From NCBI GenBank assembly GCA_034780895.1, contig JAUZTB010000076.1:22110912-22174911 (forward strand): DNA of 64,000 nt. Reading direction: 5' to 3'. This DNA comes from Rhynchobatus australiae (taxonomy: Eukaryota). The position numbers and the translations under genes were made by a program. Positions 1-11,105 of this stretch are shown one piece after another. The notes under the pieces were generated by a model, which made no database searches, had not been told where the DNA came from, and saw only the letters and a list, made by a program, of their open reading frames with translations. Every line of letters starts with the position of its first letter. Positions within the stretch are counted from its first letter, which is position 1.

Positions 1-3
1 CTC

Positions 4-7
<4 letters not shown>

Positions 8-77
<70 letters not shown>
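8..77. repeat. (TG)n microsatellite
   Basis: Uninterrupted TG run; explains the CVCVCV ORFs at 9..224 and 11..232. Confidence 0.98.
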
Positions 78-80
<3 letters not shown>

Positions 81-1734
81 ACTACTTTTTTGAGCAAAAG
101 TCTTTGGAAGTTGGTAAGCTACCTTGTGACCAGCAAATACCAGGAAAATTTTCCCCATCTGTCCAGTTCATTACTTTTATTTCCAGGGAAAACCAATGGA
201 ACTGGTGTAGTTTATTTTACATAGCTCATTGATTGGAAGATCAGTGCTATGCGTTAAACCACTTCCCCATTTAATTTGCTCAACTCCAATTATTTTTGTA
301 TAAAAATATTGAAACACTTCCTTTCTGTGTGGGCAATTACAGAACCACACACTGATATTCCTGATTAGAACTAGCACATCTAATCAGCTGTCAACCTTAG
401 TTAAAACTCCATTAATGTTAATGATACATATTTAAATAATTTTGAGTTTTAAAATACTGGGAATTGTCTTTTTCCTTCCTGGATGTTATTGTACAGCTGA
501 TTTTAATTTCATGAGAAGATAGAATTAACGTTAACTGTGTTGGCCTTGGGAGGTCACAAGTCTCCAACAAAATGACTGAAGGGAGGGTTTTTAATTTTGG
601 GATGTCTGGAGCATTCCTTTTCCAGGAAAATTCACAGGTTTGGGAAAGTAGTACCCACTCAGAAGTCCAGCACTAACTGCTTTGAAAATTGTTTCTAAAA
701 ATAAACAATAGCTCTTAAAAATATCCCTTCTTTTGTAAGTCTATGCAGGGGCTGAAGTACATTCACGTTCAGTATTGTGTTATGAGTAATGCCCATTTTT
801 GGCTACATTGACTGAGGTAGAAAGCTTACACGCCAGTTCCTCCTCGATCATTTCAAATCTATTCACTGCATGTCTGATAATATTGTGATATTTTATTTTT
901 AACCGATGACATTACTGCTTCAGGAAACTTCCCCTCATCACCCACCCATTACTAAAAAGTTCTGATTCTGTGCTCATTGAATCATATTTCCTCTTTGATT
1001 CAAATGGGCGATAATGTCTGTCATGCTTTTCCTGTCCACCTTAAATTGTAATGCAATTGCTTTTTTCTCCAGCTTAATGCGTCAGCGAGACACAGTGTTC
1101 ATAAAAGGCTGTGTCCTGGTGAAATGTCAGCTCTGGGATGTCATTCATCATTTTACTGCTTTTAGCCTCAATCCTAGCATATTCTGTAAATAATAGCTCA
1201 CTGTTGACAGCAACGGTAAAGATTGCAGTTGCAGGATTTTATGGCGTGTATAACTGGGGGAAGTAAGTTTACAGCACAAGCATACTTTGAATCATTATAC
1301 ATCATCGAGACATGCCTTGGCCATCTGCCAGTTGTTAACACAGACACTCCTGTGTCTTTGTGCTTCTTCTGACTCTCCTGCTCCATTTGTCTGTCTAATT
1401 TTTTACTCTGTCCCTTATTCAACCTTGCTGCTCTCTTTACCTTTCTTATTTCCTCCCTGTCCCTCCCACTCTCCATTTCTGTTGCTTACAGAGATCCCTG
1501 ATTGTAAAGCACTGCCAATTATCTGGGAGTAGGCATTCTATGATGATTGATTTCCAACCTGAAAGTTCTCCAGGTACAGGGAGTACAGCACTCTTGCAGC
1601 ACTGCTGCCTTTCACTGGAGATATTGCCCGGTGGATGCATGGGATCCCATTGCAGTATTTCAGAGTAGTCCAGGAGAGTGGGCAGTTCTTGTGGGCAATG
1701 TTTATCCTTCAACAAACAAAGCTTAAAAAAAATT

Positions 1735-1830
1735 ACAAGAAGATGCTTGACGAACTCAGCAGGTCAGGCAGCATCCGTGGAGAAAAGCAGATGGTCAATG
1801 TTTCAGGTTCAGCATCTGCAGTCCTTTGTT
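1735..1830 (-). mobile_element. Penelope-like element terminal repeat fragment
   Basis: gatgcttgacgaactcagcaggtcaggcagcatccgtggagaaaagcag...aatgtttcagg; the same motif family recurs many times in the window and abuts a GIY-YIG coding tail at 40.6-41.3 kb. Confidence 0.7.
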
Positions 1831-1944
1831 TCTCTGAAAGAAAGATTGTCTGGTTTTTATCTAAGTGTGGGTGCTTACTATGTGTAAATGACTGCAGCAT
1901 TTCCTACAGTGACTATACTTCATAATTTTCATTGACACTAAAAT

Positions 1945-2230
1945 CTTGCATTTATTAGCCCCTTTCCCAGATATCCCAAAGTACTTCACAGGTAATAAGG
2001 TATTTTTGAAAGGTTTTTATAGTTCCTTTTTTCCTGCTTTGAGCAATTTTGGTTGTGTTGGGGAATAAACATCTTTGCTCGATCTCATGCTCTGTAATGA
2101 TAAACATCGCCTCTATCTCCACATTGTTAACCACAGGATAGCATTCAATTTAACGCTATAATTTATTTGTACCTCAAGTGATTTTAAGTCTAAGCCTTTG
2201 CTTGCTTCATTAGTGAACCACATACTGAGT
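1945..2230 (-). mobile_element. Decayed Deu-domain SINE (SacSINE1/AmnSINE-like)
   Basis: cttgcatttatt...atcccaaagtacttcacag...tttttgaa resembles the reverse complement of the L2-derived tail of Deu-SINEs. Confidence 0.45.
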
Positions 2231-4854
2231 CATCTGTTGTTACCTGGGAATCTACTAATGTTACACTCGGTGCACAATTATTCCTGGATAATTTACCCTG
2301 TCTGTACACTGCAGACCAATGACAGCTGAAGAACAGATGACACATTGAAGCAGGTTATTTAAGTGAAAGGAGACTGGCCAAACCTGTTTCATATTCCACC
2401 CTGAAGTTTACCACGGAGGTAGATTTGCACAACATTTGTCTAGATTAGATTCCAAATCAAATTCTGGAGATGAAGAACAAACAGCTTTGGCTTTGTATTC
2501 CTGGCGCCTCACCTGCTGGACAAGAGTATGGTTTAGCAAACTGAACATCTCTGCAATCAATGCTGTCACAGAAAATGCAGGAATTCTGATTAACCCAACA
2601 AGCCATGCTGTTGAATTTTCCATCTGCACTTTACCAAATCTGTTTACCATTTTAACCTCTTTGATAAGATTGTTCTGCAAATCCACTCATTCCCACACTC
2701 AGAAGAATACAAGGCCAGTTAAGGTAAACTAAGATCATAGTTTTCACAGGGTTTCATTGATGAAATGACGTGATGCACCACAACCCATAATTTCTACCTG
2801 AAGTGTGATGTCTAGATATGATCTGTCCATTAAAAGGGTTCGCTACCAACCTGCCCCTACTGCACCACATCACCTTCCAACAACAGAGGCCCACAGTGGA
2901 AAATATGATCACTTCCCATAAATCTAGAGCCACCTCTTAGCAAAGGCAGACACTGATGATAAAATTCATCACTGCCTTCACCGCCAGCACAGCCGCTGGT
3001 CAATTGAGGGAAAGGGTATTCAGAAATCAAGACTGCTGGCGTCGACCAGAGTACAAATATTCAGCAGCCAAGATATAAATTGTCACATCCAACACATAAT
3101 AATCTATGTACCTGTGTTGATGAGTTATCAGGCAATCTTTTTCTGTCACTTTCCCAGCCAATGGCTTGGTCACTGTTTTGCTAGTATCTGCCAATCTTCT
3201 TCTTCATAAGTTCAAAGGCAGAAAAGAAAAACCTGAGCCAGAAAATCCAGACATTCTGAGGATAGCTCGTCAAAGACGGATTACTGAAGGTATTTGCCAG
3301 TTGGTTTCCATGTTACCTGATGTGTCTGCAAGACATCTGAGAATCCTATTTATTCTTAAGCTGTTTACAGATGAATACCAGAAGATCATAGGTGCTGAGG
3401 TGCGATAAAGGGAAATAAAGATGTCTGTGTCTTTCAGTGATTTTTTTGTAAAACCTTGAAGCACAATTTAAAGAAAATCGCAAATTAAAAGTATAATTCT
3501 TTTCAGTTTTTCACATAAGCTTTTACAGTCCCTTCCTAACCCGTCCTGTGTAGTTGATGGTAAACTGGTCTGTTTTGTTTCTTTGAGGCATTGCAATGAT
3601 TTCGAAATGAGGATGAATGTAATACAGTGAGGCCTTCAAGGGGCACTCTGCTGTAACTCTGCTCTCAGATAATCACCCTGTTCCTATCTCTTTTTTGCTC
3701 TTAAATAAAGTTTAATGAAGTACATCTCTACAGCTGAAACTTGTTCAAATTGCAGATGTGTGGTCTTTATAAAGAAGCAGTGGATTGCACCAAATCAATA
3801 ATTTAACAAACATACGTCTGGCAGATTCATTGTGTGAAATTTCAACATTAATTATTCTGGTATCAACACTATTGATTTAAAGCAAACCCCATCCTCCTTT
3901 GTAATACCAAAGAGGAGATTNNNNNNNNNNNNNNNNNNNNNNNNNNNNNNNNNNNNNNNNNNNNNNNNNNNNNNNNNNNNNNNNNNNNNNNNNNNNNNNN
4001 NNNNNNNNNNNNNNNNNNNNNNNNNNNNNNNNNNNNNNNNNNNNNNNNNNNNNNNNNNNNNNNNNNNNNNNNNNNNNNNNNNNNNNNNNNNNNNNNNNNN
4101 NNNNNNNNNNNNNNNNNNNNNNNNNNNNNNNNNNNNNNNNNNNNNNNNNNNNNNNNNNNNNNNNNNNNNNNNNNNNNNNNNNNNNNNNNNNNNNNNNNNN
4201 NNNNNGGAAGTATTGAACTTACCACTGATATCTAATTCTTGCTTGTGAGACACAATAAACAAAAAGGCAAAGGAGCAGCAATAGGGAAATGAACACAATA
4301 ATCAGAGATGTAGGAATTGCTGCAAAGAATATTGTCTTTTTAGATTATAATTCGTTTAACCTTCTGAGAAGAATATTGTCATAACTGATGCAAAGACAGG
4401 TCCTCGTAGATTGATCAATATTTGAGTGTTGCTCCTGACTGTGTTAAAACAGACATTTTGGGAATAAATTCCACAATACTTCCAGGGGGAAACTGACATC
4501 ATCCGATCAGCTGCCTCTTATTTCACTTTCAGCTAAAATTAGTCCTTTAGAATACATTGTGATATTATAAGATTCCTCTTTGTCATCATAGAAAGAGAGG
4601 AACTTGGTTGACTCACAGGCAGCATCTGTTATTCATGACATTGTGGGGCGAGTATCATTGTTTCACATCGCGTGAGAAGTTCTTCCAAGACATCTAGAAA
4701 TGACAGTTGATGCCCTGAATGGGATGATGGCAGGATTGCCTCAAAAATTGGATTTCATGCTGTTTTGGTGTGTTAAATATGTGTTGCTTACAGTGCAAGC
4801 AGACATATTGGTTCCCAGTAAAAGAGGCCAGGCAGCTGGCTGGAAGCACATAAG

Positions 4855-5005
4855 AAGCAGAAACAGAAACTGCTGGAAGCACTCCACAGTTCAGGTAGCA
4901 TCTGTGGAAAGAAAAACTGGATTTAAAGACCCTTTGTCAGAACCAAGGTTCTCTGACAAAGGTTCTCTGACTTGAAACATTAACCAGATTTCCAGCATCT
5001 GTAGG
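4855..5005. mobile_element. Penelope-like terminal repeat mini-element with inverted arms
   Basis: ctgctggaagcactc...gcatctgtggaaaga arm, central inverted repeat ccctttgtcagaacc/ggttctctgacaaagg, then an inverted ttccagcatctg arm. Confidence 0.7.
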
Positions 5006-5589
5006 TTTTTATTATTTTCATGGTAGAAACAGTGTTATTAACACACAACAGCATGTACCAAAACAGGACCTGAGTAACTCTCACCTGTAGAGATTTTGCT
5101 GTACACCAATCTGAGAAGTGCATCAGCTTCTTAAAGGGACATTCCCCATTGTGTCCAGATTACAGCATCGCCTGCTCTGGAAAAAAGATGAAGGAAGATG
5201 GAAAGGCTTGTTGACTTTAGTGAAAGATACCCGAGCATTGACATCAGTGAGAAAGGTTCCAGAAGGGAGGCGTTGTGCGCTGGGGGGACAAGGAGATCCA
5301 TCAGAACCATCATAGGAAAGGCCTGGTAGGAGGAAACTCCAGCTGTATCCTCCAGAACAGAAAATCTCCACATTTTCAAACAAAGCAGAAATAAATTTGA
5401 TGATTTCACACGAGTTGTCCCAGGGAGTTGCTCTCCCCCCCCCCCCCCACTGAGAATGGTTGTAGCAAGCCATTGGAACAGGGGTTTATTAATTTATGTG
5501 TTATGTTCAGTATAGGTAATCCTGCTAAAGAGGAAATGAGGGATCATCTGGGCTTTCTCATCTAATTAGTGGTGACTATGTTGGCATTA

Positions 5590-5912
5590 AGAATGAGAAT
5601 GTGGAGAGTCACTCTTTCCCATTATTGAGTGATCCAATACAAGGGGGCATGCATTTAAAGTGAGAGGGGGTAGGTTCAGAACAGACGTGAGGGGTATGTT
5701 TTTTACTCAGAGAGTGGTGGATGCCTTGAATGCAATGCCTGATAAGGTGGTGGATGCAAATTCATTGGCGGCTTTTAGGAGGGGCTTGGATGGGCACATG
5801 AATGAAAGGAAAATGGAGGGATATGGGCATTCTGTAGGTAGGAGGGATTAGCTATGTCGGCACAACATTATGGGCCGAAGGGCCTGTTCTGTGCTGTAAT
5901 GTTGTATGTTCT
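5590..5912 (+). mobile_element. CR1 LINE 3' end
   Basis: ORF 5660..5851 (RGGRFRTDVRGMFFTQRVVDALNAMPDKVV) matches the CR1 ORF2 C-terminus; followed by the gggccgaagggcctgttctgtgctgta tail. Confidence 0.92.
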
Positions 5913-6029
5913 TTTCTCCTTGCCTCTCCAATATCCTTTCAAGCTGGCATCAAGTGGCTAACATACCATATGGGACTTGAGTTCCAATTCAAAAACTATT
6001 AGAAGGTAATTTGTATGGAGTCATATAGT

Positions 6030-6120
6030 AATGAATTGACCTGTACGATCGGTATGCAAGACAAGGTTTTCACTGTACCTCAGTTCAAGTGACAATAATA
6101 AACCAATAACAATACCAATA
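6030..6120 (+). mobile_element. LINE 3' tail fragment (possibly Rex1/Babar-like)
   Basis: ttttcactgtacctcag...gtgacaataataaaccaata; a related copy lies at about 8730-8795. Family assignment uncertain. Confidence 0.4.
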
Positions 6121-6978
6121 AAGCAGAATGGATCCAGGTAATTTATATCTCTTTGATTCTGAACACATTCTTTAAGCCAAGTTAAACTGTAATTTTCCAG
6201 ATTCTTTGAAAAGTTGGGATATTAAGATGGTCGGCATAATGAGATTATTTTAATGAAGAGATCTGTCTGCCAACTTCATTGAGTTAAATTGACTGTTGCA
6301 TGAAGCACCCTCAAACCTGCACAAGAGTTACCACTAGTCAGGAAAGTTTCACATCTTTAACAAAAAGCAGCAGAGATTTCTGTAAAAAATTGTAATGTCT
6401 GTCCACAGAGAACATGCCAATTGCAGCGCTCATCATCCTACTCAAAATGCACTGCAGGAAGGAAGAAACAATGCTATCTCCTTGGTGATGAAAGAAAATG
6501 CAGTTTTATGAGCTGGATTGCTTTACAACAGAATAATGTGAAGCAGAACATTTTATTTGCTAGTAACTGCTGAGAATTATTGTATCAAATAGGCCAGAGT
6601 TTCTACATAAGTAACTATTCACAACAGCATGAGGAGTTACTGGCAATATGCTTTTTCCTACATATATTTTCATTCAGTTGCATTCCAGGAAATTATTTCC
6701 ACTCTTGTTCATTTTCCTTGTGGATAATATAAGTTATGAAAAATTCAGCCAGCCAAAACAGCCACCACAGCTGAATCTGCACCTGTGTACACTGAGGAAC
6801 TGATTTTATCCCATTTTTGTGGCTGAAATGTAACCACAAAGCTCATTTATATAACAAGGTCATATCTACGATGCAATGNNNNNNNNNNNNNNNNNNNNNN
6901 NNNNNNNNNNNNNNNNNNNNNNNNNNNNNNNNNNNNNNNNNNNNNNNNNNNNNNNNNNNNNNNNNNNNNNNNNNNNNN

Positions 6979-7100
6979 CTGACGTAGGGTTTTGACTTGA
7001 AGTGTCGATTTGCACCTTTTGCCTCCATAGATGCTGCTTGACAGGCTGAGTTCTTCCAGTGCTCTGTTTTGTTGTTCCAGATTCCAGCATCTGCATTTTC
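6979..7100 (+). mobile_element. Penelope-like terminal repeat fragment
   Basis: ctgacgtagggttttgacttgaag...ccatagatgctgcttgac...gagttcttccag...ttccagcatctgca. Confidence 0.75.
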
Positions 7101-7169
7101 TTTTGTCTTTGTGTGTTCTATTGTTCTGTAGAAAGATGAATTGCTATATCATCTTTTGTGGTAACAGTT

Positions 7170-7510
7170 AAGTTATTGGGTTTCTGGCCAGAGGTCTGGA
7201 CTATTGATCCAGAGTCATGAATTTGAATCCCATCATGGATTCCCAACATTAAATTCCCAACTGGGGAATTTAAATTCAAATATTTAGGTAAACGTGGATT
7301 TACCTCTAGTGTTAGTAACAATGACCATGACATGATGAGATTGTCATCTAGTTCAGTTATGTTCTTCAGGAGAGGAAGTTGGTCATCCTTATTCAATCTG
7401 GTTTATATGTGGATCCAGACCCACCAATGTTACCTGCTTACTTAGTTCTACAGCAATTAGGAATGGACAATAAACATCAGCACTTCCAATCACATGAAGA
7501 AATAAATAAA
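7170..7510 (+). mobile_element. Decayed tRNA-derived elasmobranch SINE
   Basis: ttgaatcccatcatgg...ggggaatttaaattca...aatgaccatga...ggaagttggtcatcctta...gcaattaggaatggacaataaa; related copies at about 43080-43430, 46030-46350 and 61320-61500. Confidence 0.6.
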
Positions 7511-7649
7511 ATAAATCTTCTAAAATTGCAAAACATCCTGAATATCCCTCTAGCAAATGAAACGCTTTCAAAATGTATCAATGTCTGTCTTCTTCCCTAT
7601 AATGCAGCAATTTGCCCACAAGGTGCCAACAAACAGGAATGACAGACTA

Positions 7650-7872
7650 CTTTGTTGATTGCTAAGTATTACACAGTGTACAAGGAAAAGTCCACAACTC
7701 CTCTTTAGTAAGTCATGGGCATCTTTTATGTTGACCTCAGAGGGCAGAAGGTGCATTAGTTTAACACCTCATCCAGAAGACATACCTTTGACAGAGCAGT
7801 ACACTCAGGATTGCTCAGGTCTCGATCTCCTTACTCAGAGCTGGGAGTGCTGAGGCTGTACCAAAATTGACA
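7650..7872 (-). mobile_element. Deu-domain SINE fragment
   Basis: catgggcatcttttatg...agagggcagaagg...gtttaacacctcatccagaagaca...tttgacagagcagtacactc resembles the Deu central domain. Confidence 0.65.
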
Positions 7873-8453
7873 TCTTTCTTTTTGTTTTGTTATATATGGT
7901 TTCATGTTTTACTTAAAGCGATGGAAAGGCTTGGAGAGGTTTTCAATTGCACACTTATTATGTCTGTTGGGAAATGTACACAGTCTTTGGTGATTTAACC
8001 CTAGATTAATATCTCAAGAAATGGTGATTGCCAAATCACCTGACAGTCAGGATGAAGACTGCAGTGAAAATTAACAAAATTTGGTGAATTGAAAAAGCAA
8101 ATAATTCATCAATATTTACAATTGGATTTAATTATTAATGCTGAGATCTAAGACTGGGGCAGAAATTCAATCCTCATCTTACATAACCATGTAATATGGT
8201 GGTGAATGCACTTTCAATGCTGTAGAGATTCAGTTTATTAATTTCTAATTTCTAAAGTAGAGGGCAGTGCACATATGCTACAGCACTGCATGCTGGTCAT
8301 GTACAAAAGTGGATGAACAAATACTTTTGCAGAGTTTTGCTTGCTTGTAATGAATGAGTTCATGATATTGTAGGTTATGATATGTCTGCACCAAAGGTTA
8401 GAACAAAATGAGGAAGTTATTCTAAGCAAGCAGCAGGGGGTAGATTTAATATA

Positions 8454-8729
8454 AGATATCTTTATTAGTCACATGTACATCAAAACACACAGTGAAATGC
8501 ATCTTTTGTGTAGTGTTCTGGGGGCAGCCCACAAGTGTCGCCACACTTCCAGCGCCAACATAGCACGCCCACAACTTCCTAACCTGTATGTCTTTGGAAT
8601 GTGGGAGAAAACTGGAGCACCTGGAGGAAACCCACGCAGACACAAGGAGAACGTACAAACTCAGCAGTGGGAATTGAACCTGGGTCGCTGGCGCCGTAAT
8701 AACATTATGCTAACTGCCACACTACCGTG
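8454..8729 (-). mobile_element. V-SINE (tRNA-derived), near full length
   Basis: V-domain ggaatgtgggagaaaactggagcacctggaggaaacccacgcag, tRNA-like head (gaattgaacctgggtcgctgg...actaccgtg) and tail aagatatctttattagtcacatgtacat; near-identical copies at 51421 and 56351. Confidence 0.92.
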
Positions 8730-8899
8730 AGCTGTATGAATGGCATGCAAAACAAAGTTTTTCACTGTACCTCAGTACGTGACAATAATAACCTGAATAA
8801 TCACCACTGACTGGTCGACTGGGCAATGAGTTGGAATCTTCTTGCCTTCTTGCTCCTCTTTCTCTTTCTGGTCTTCAGTCTGTGCCTTATGTCCCTCAG

Positions 8900-10020
8900 C
8901 CTCCAGGTCTCAATGCTGCTCTTCCCCTGGCACCAGATTGTGTGGCATACAGCAGATCACATCACCATGGAGTCTCTGTACCTGATTGACGTATACTGCT
9001 GGGGGCATCCCGGCTAATGCAGGGAACAAAACCTCATTTTCAGAAGACCAAGGACATTTCCACAGCTGCTCTGGTACTTGCATCGTTCATGTTTTACCAG
9101 CACTGGGGTGAACTAAGAGTTGGTCTTATGACCCAGGGAAGCGGAAAGATGCCTTTTACTCCCAGGTAGGCAGAGCAGGCCTTTCCTGCTGGCCATTGTC
9201 TCGCTGAGGGGAGAAACGCCTCATGTGTTTCCTAGAAGCATGGCATTGACCTCAAGAAAAGTCTTCTGATGATCCAAACCACCTCATATTTCTCATATTT
9301 CCCTGTGACATCGAATGAGGCCATTCAATCCATCGAGTCAGTGCCAGCTCTCATAGCAGTCCAATCAGTCCCATTGTTATAAATTATTCTCTGTCACATG
9401 CCTATTGATTCCCTCCTGATTCTCCTGGTGTCCACTTACACTGGATGCAATCTACAGTGGCCAATTAACCTACCAACACGTCTTTGGGATGTGGGAGGAA
9501 ATGAGAGGACTAAGGAAAACCCTGCGGTTACAGGAAGAATCTGTAAACTTCACAAAGACAGCACCTAATCAAACTTGGGTCACTGGTGCTGTGTGGCAGT
9601 GGCACTAACTGCTGTGATGTATATTGCAAGTTGCACCTGAACATTGATGAAGCAAAACCTTCTCCATTGAGGAAAAGGTGCAGGTTATTAATGCCTGTAC
9701 CAAAGCAAAGCCAACAAATGCTGGCAAATCCCAGTGTCCAAGAGGTGACCAGGCTGGCACTGAAATCATCTCTGTGTGAGTTCTGTGCCTTGGGGGAACT
9801 ATACGAAGCTGTAGCAAGCAGCGGGCTGTGAGTCTTGGCAGGGATTTGCTGCTGCTGCTGGGAAAGATCCCATGGCGAAGAAGCTGAGAGTCAAAGTGAC
9901 CTTGAGAGAAGTCCAGCACGAGAGAATGGCCATAGGCCTTCCTGCAGCATTTCACATATCTCAAGGACAGCCTTGGAAATTCTGAAAGGGTCAGACAGGA
10001 CACAGAATCTCTGGAGACTT
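8900..10020 (-). pseudogene. Decayed PIF/Harbinger (HARBI1-like) DDE transposase, interrupted by a SINE
   Basis: Minus-strand translation with frameshifts and stops gives, in canonical order: FRISKAVLEICEMLQEGL, LGFASI/GFALVQALITCT (GFP.V.GAIDCT-like), FLNGEGFAS/NVQV (NRKG..S.NVQ-like), DHQKTFLEVNA, YLGVKGIFPLPWVIRP (LGDKGYP-like), LGLLKMRFCSL, HNL. Confidence 0.85.
9310..9617 (-). mobile_element. V-SINE with CR1-derived tail (HE1-like), inserted in the Harbinger transposase
   Basis: gaggccattcaatccatcgagtc tail, ccaattaacctaccaacacgtctttgggatgtgggagg V-domain, cttgggtcactggtgctgtgtggcag head. Confidence 0.85.
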
Positions 10021-10999
10021 TTTAGGAGTAGGCTGTTTGCAGATGGGAGTGTACTCTCCATCCTGGCCTGGGGTCCCTGCTCTACTTTTCATTGTCATTC
10101 ATTGCCATACGGATGCCTGCAGTGTTGGAGTGCTGCCAGTGCTGTTACCATGTAGGTAGTCAGTGAATGAGTATGGCAGCAGCTAAATGCTGTGGTAAGC
10201 ATCCTCTGTAAGAAGTAGCAAACCCTATGTGCCTTGGAAGTTGTTCAAGTTGTCAAACTGCCTAGTCAGCTCTCCCGGCGTCAACAGAGTGCCAGTTTGA
10301 ATCAAGACAAATGCAACAAAGCAGCCTGACCTGCTGCTTGTTGTATTGTAAATGATTAATGAAAGCCGTGGGTTGAAGCTTAAAGCTCCGATTTATGTTG
10401 GCAAGGGAGGAAAGGTGCAGTGAACGACTGCTGACATAATTAGGCACACCACTGTTACCAGCGAAGTATCAGATGTACTAAGGTGAATGACACACAGTGA
10501 GACCCACCTAACTTACTGATAGGGTGGCTTCACGCAGAAGTGACCACTAGCATCATCCAACCTCTAGGTAGCTGTGTTTCTATTTTAATACATTTAAAGT
10601 GAACTTTGAATCCATTACTGACTGCACCAAATTGATCATTTCTCAGCAGAGGGACACATTTCTAGAGTTGCTTTAAAAGGTAGTTCCATTGCTTCAGCAG
10701 TATCTTGGGTGCAAAATATGAGCATGCTTTGACCACCCCACCTCACCCCCAAAAAAAATTGCCATACACTAACACAACGAGGGAAAGGACACTGAGCAAG
10801 GAAAGGAATCAGTGCGGCAGTACAGTGGGAGCCTCTGGAATTATGCTGCTTGGTTGACAGAAAGTTGGACAAAAAAGTTCCTCTCTTTGATGGTTATGTT
10901 AATCTCAATATCAAATCACAGATTTTCATGTGTCGTTCCCCTCCCCCACCCCACCCATGTGCTGTTTCCTCATGGTGTACTTTCAGGGTCAGTATATAT

Positions 11000-11105
11000 T
11001 AAAGAAATAAAAGCCAGAAAATGCCGGAAATACTCAAGAGATCAGGCAGCATCTGTGGAGGCAGAAACAGAGTTAACATTTCAGGTCGATGACCTTTCAT
11101 CAGAA
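11000..11105 (-). mobile_element. Penelope-like terminal repeat with hammerhead-ribozyme-like core
   Basis: Minus strand 11103-11071 reads CTGATGA-A-AGGTC-ATC-GACCT-GAAA-TGTT-AACT: intact CUGAUGA and GAAA boxes around a 5-bp helix II. Confidence 0.75.

Noticed and set aside
9-232. CV-repeat ORFs (also 28555-29205)
   Set aside because: Translations of TG microsatellite or low-complexity DNA.
2310-2735. Overlapping ORFs 2408..2686(-) and 2436..2732(+), with faint Ingi/Vingi-like RT words (SFHLNN on minus, HIEAG on plus)
   Set aside because: The motif-like words fall on opposite strands and no YADD or PQG core is present. Needs tBLASTn; not supportable by eye.
3852-4298. Long ORFs spanning N runs (also 6843, 17628, 22140, 32382, 36630, 40779, 52490, 58783, 59724)
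   Set aside because: Artefacts of translating through assembly gaps.
8454-8729. tRNA-like A/B boxes in SINE heads as tRNA genes
   Set aside because: They continue into V-domain SINE bodies and form no complete cloverleaf.
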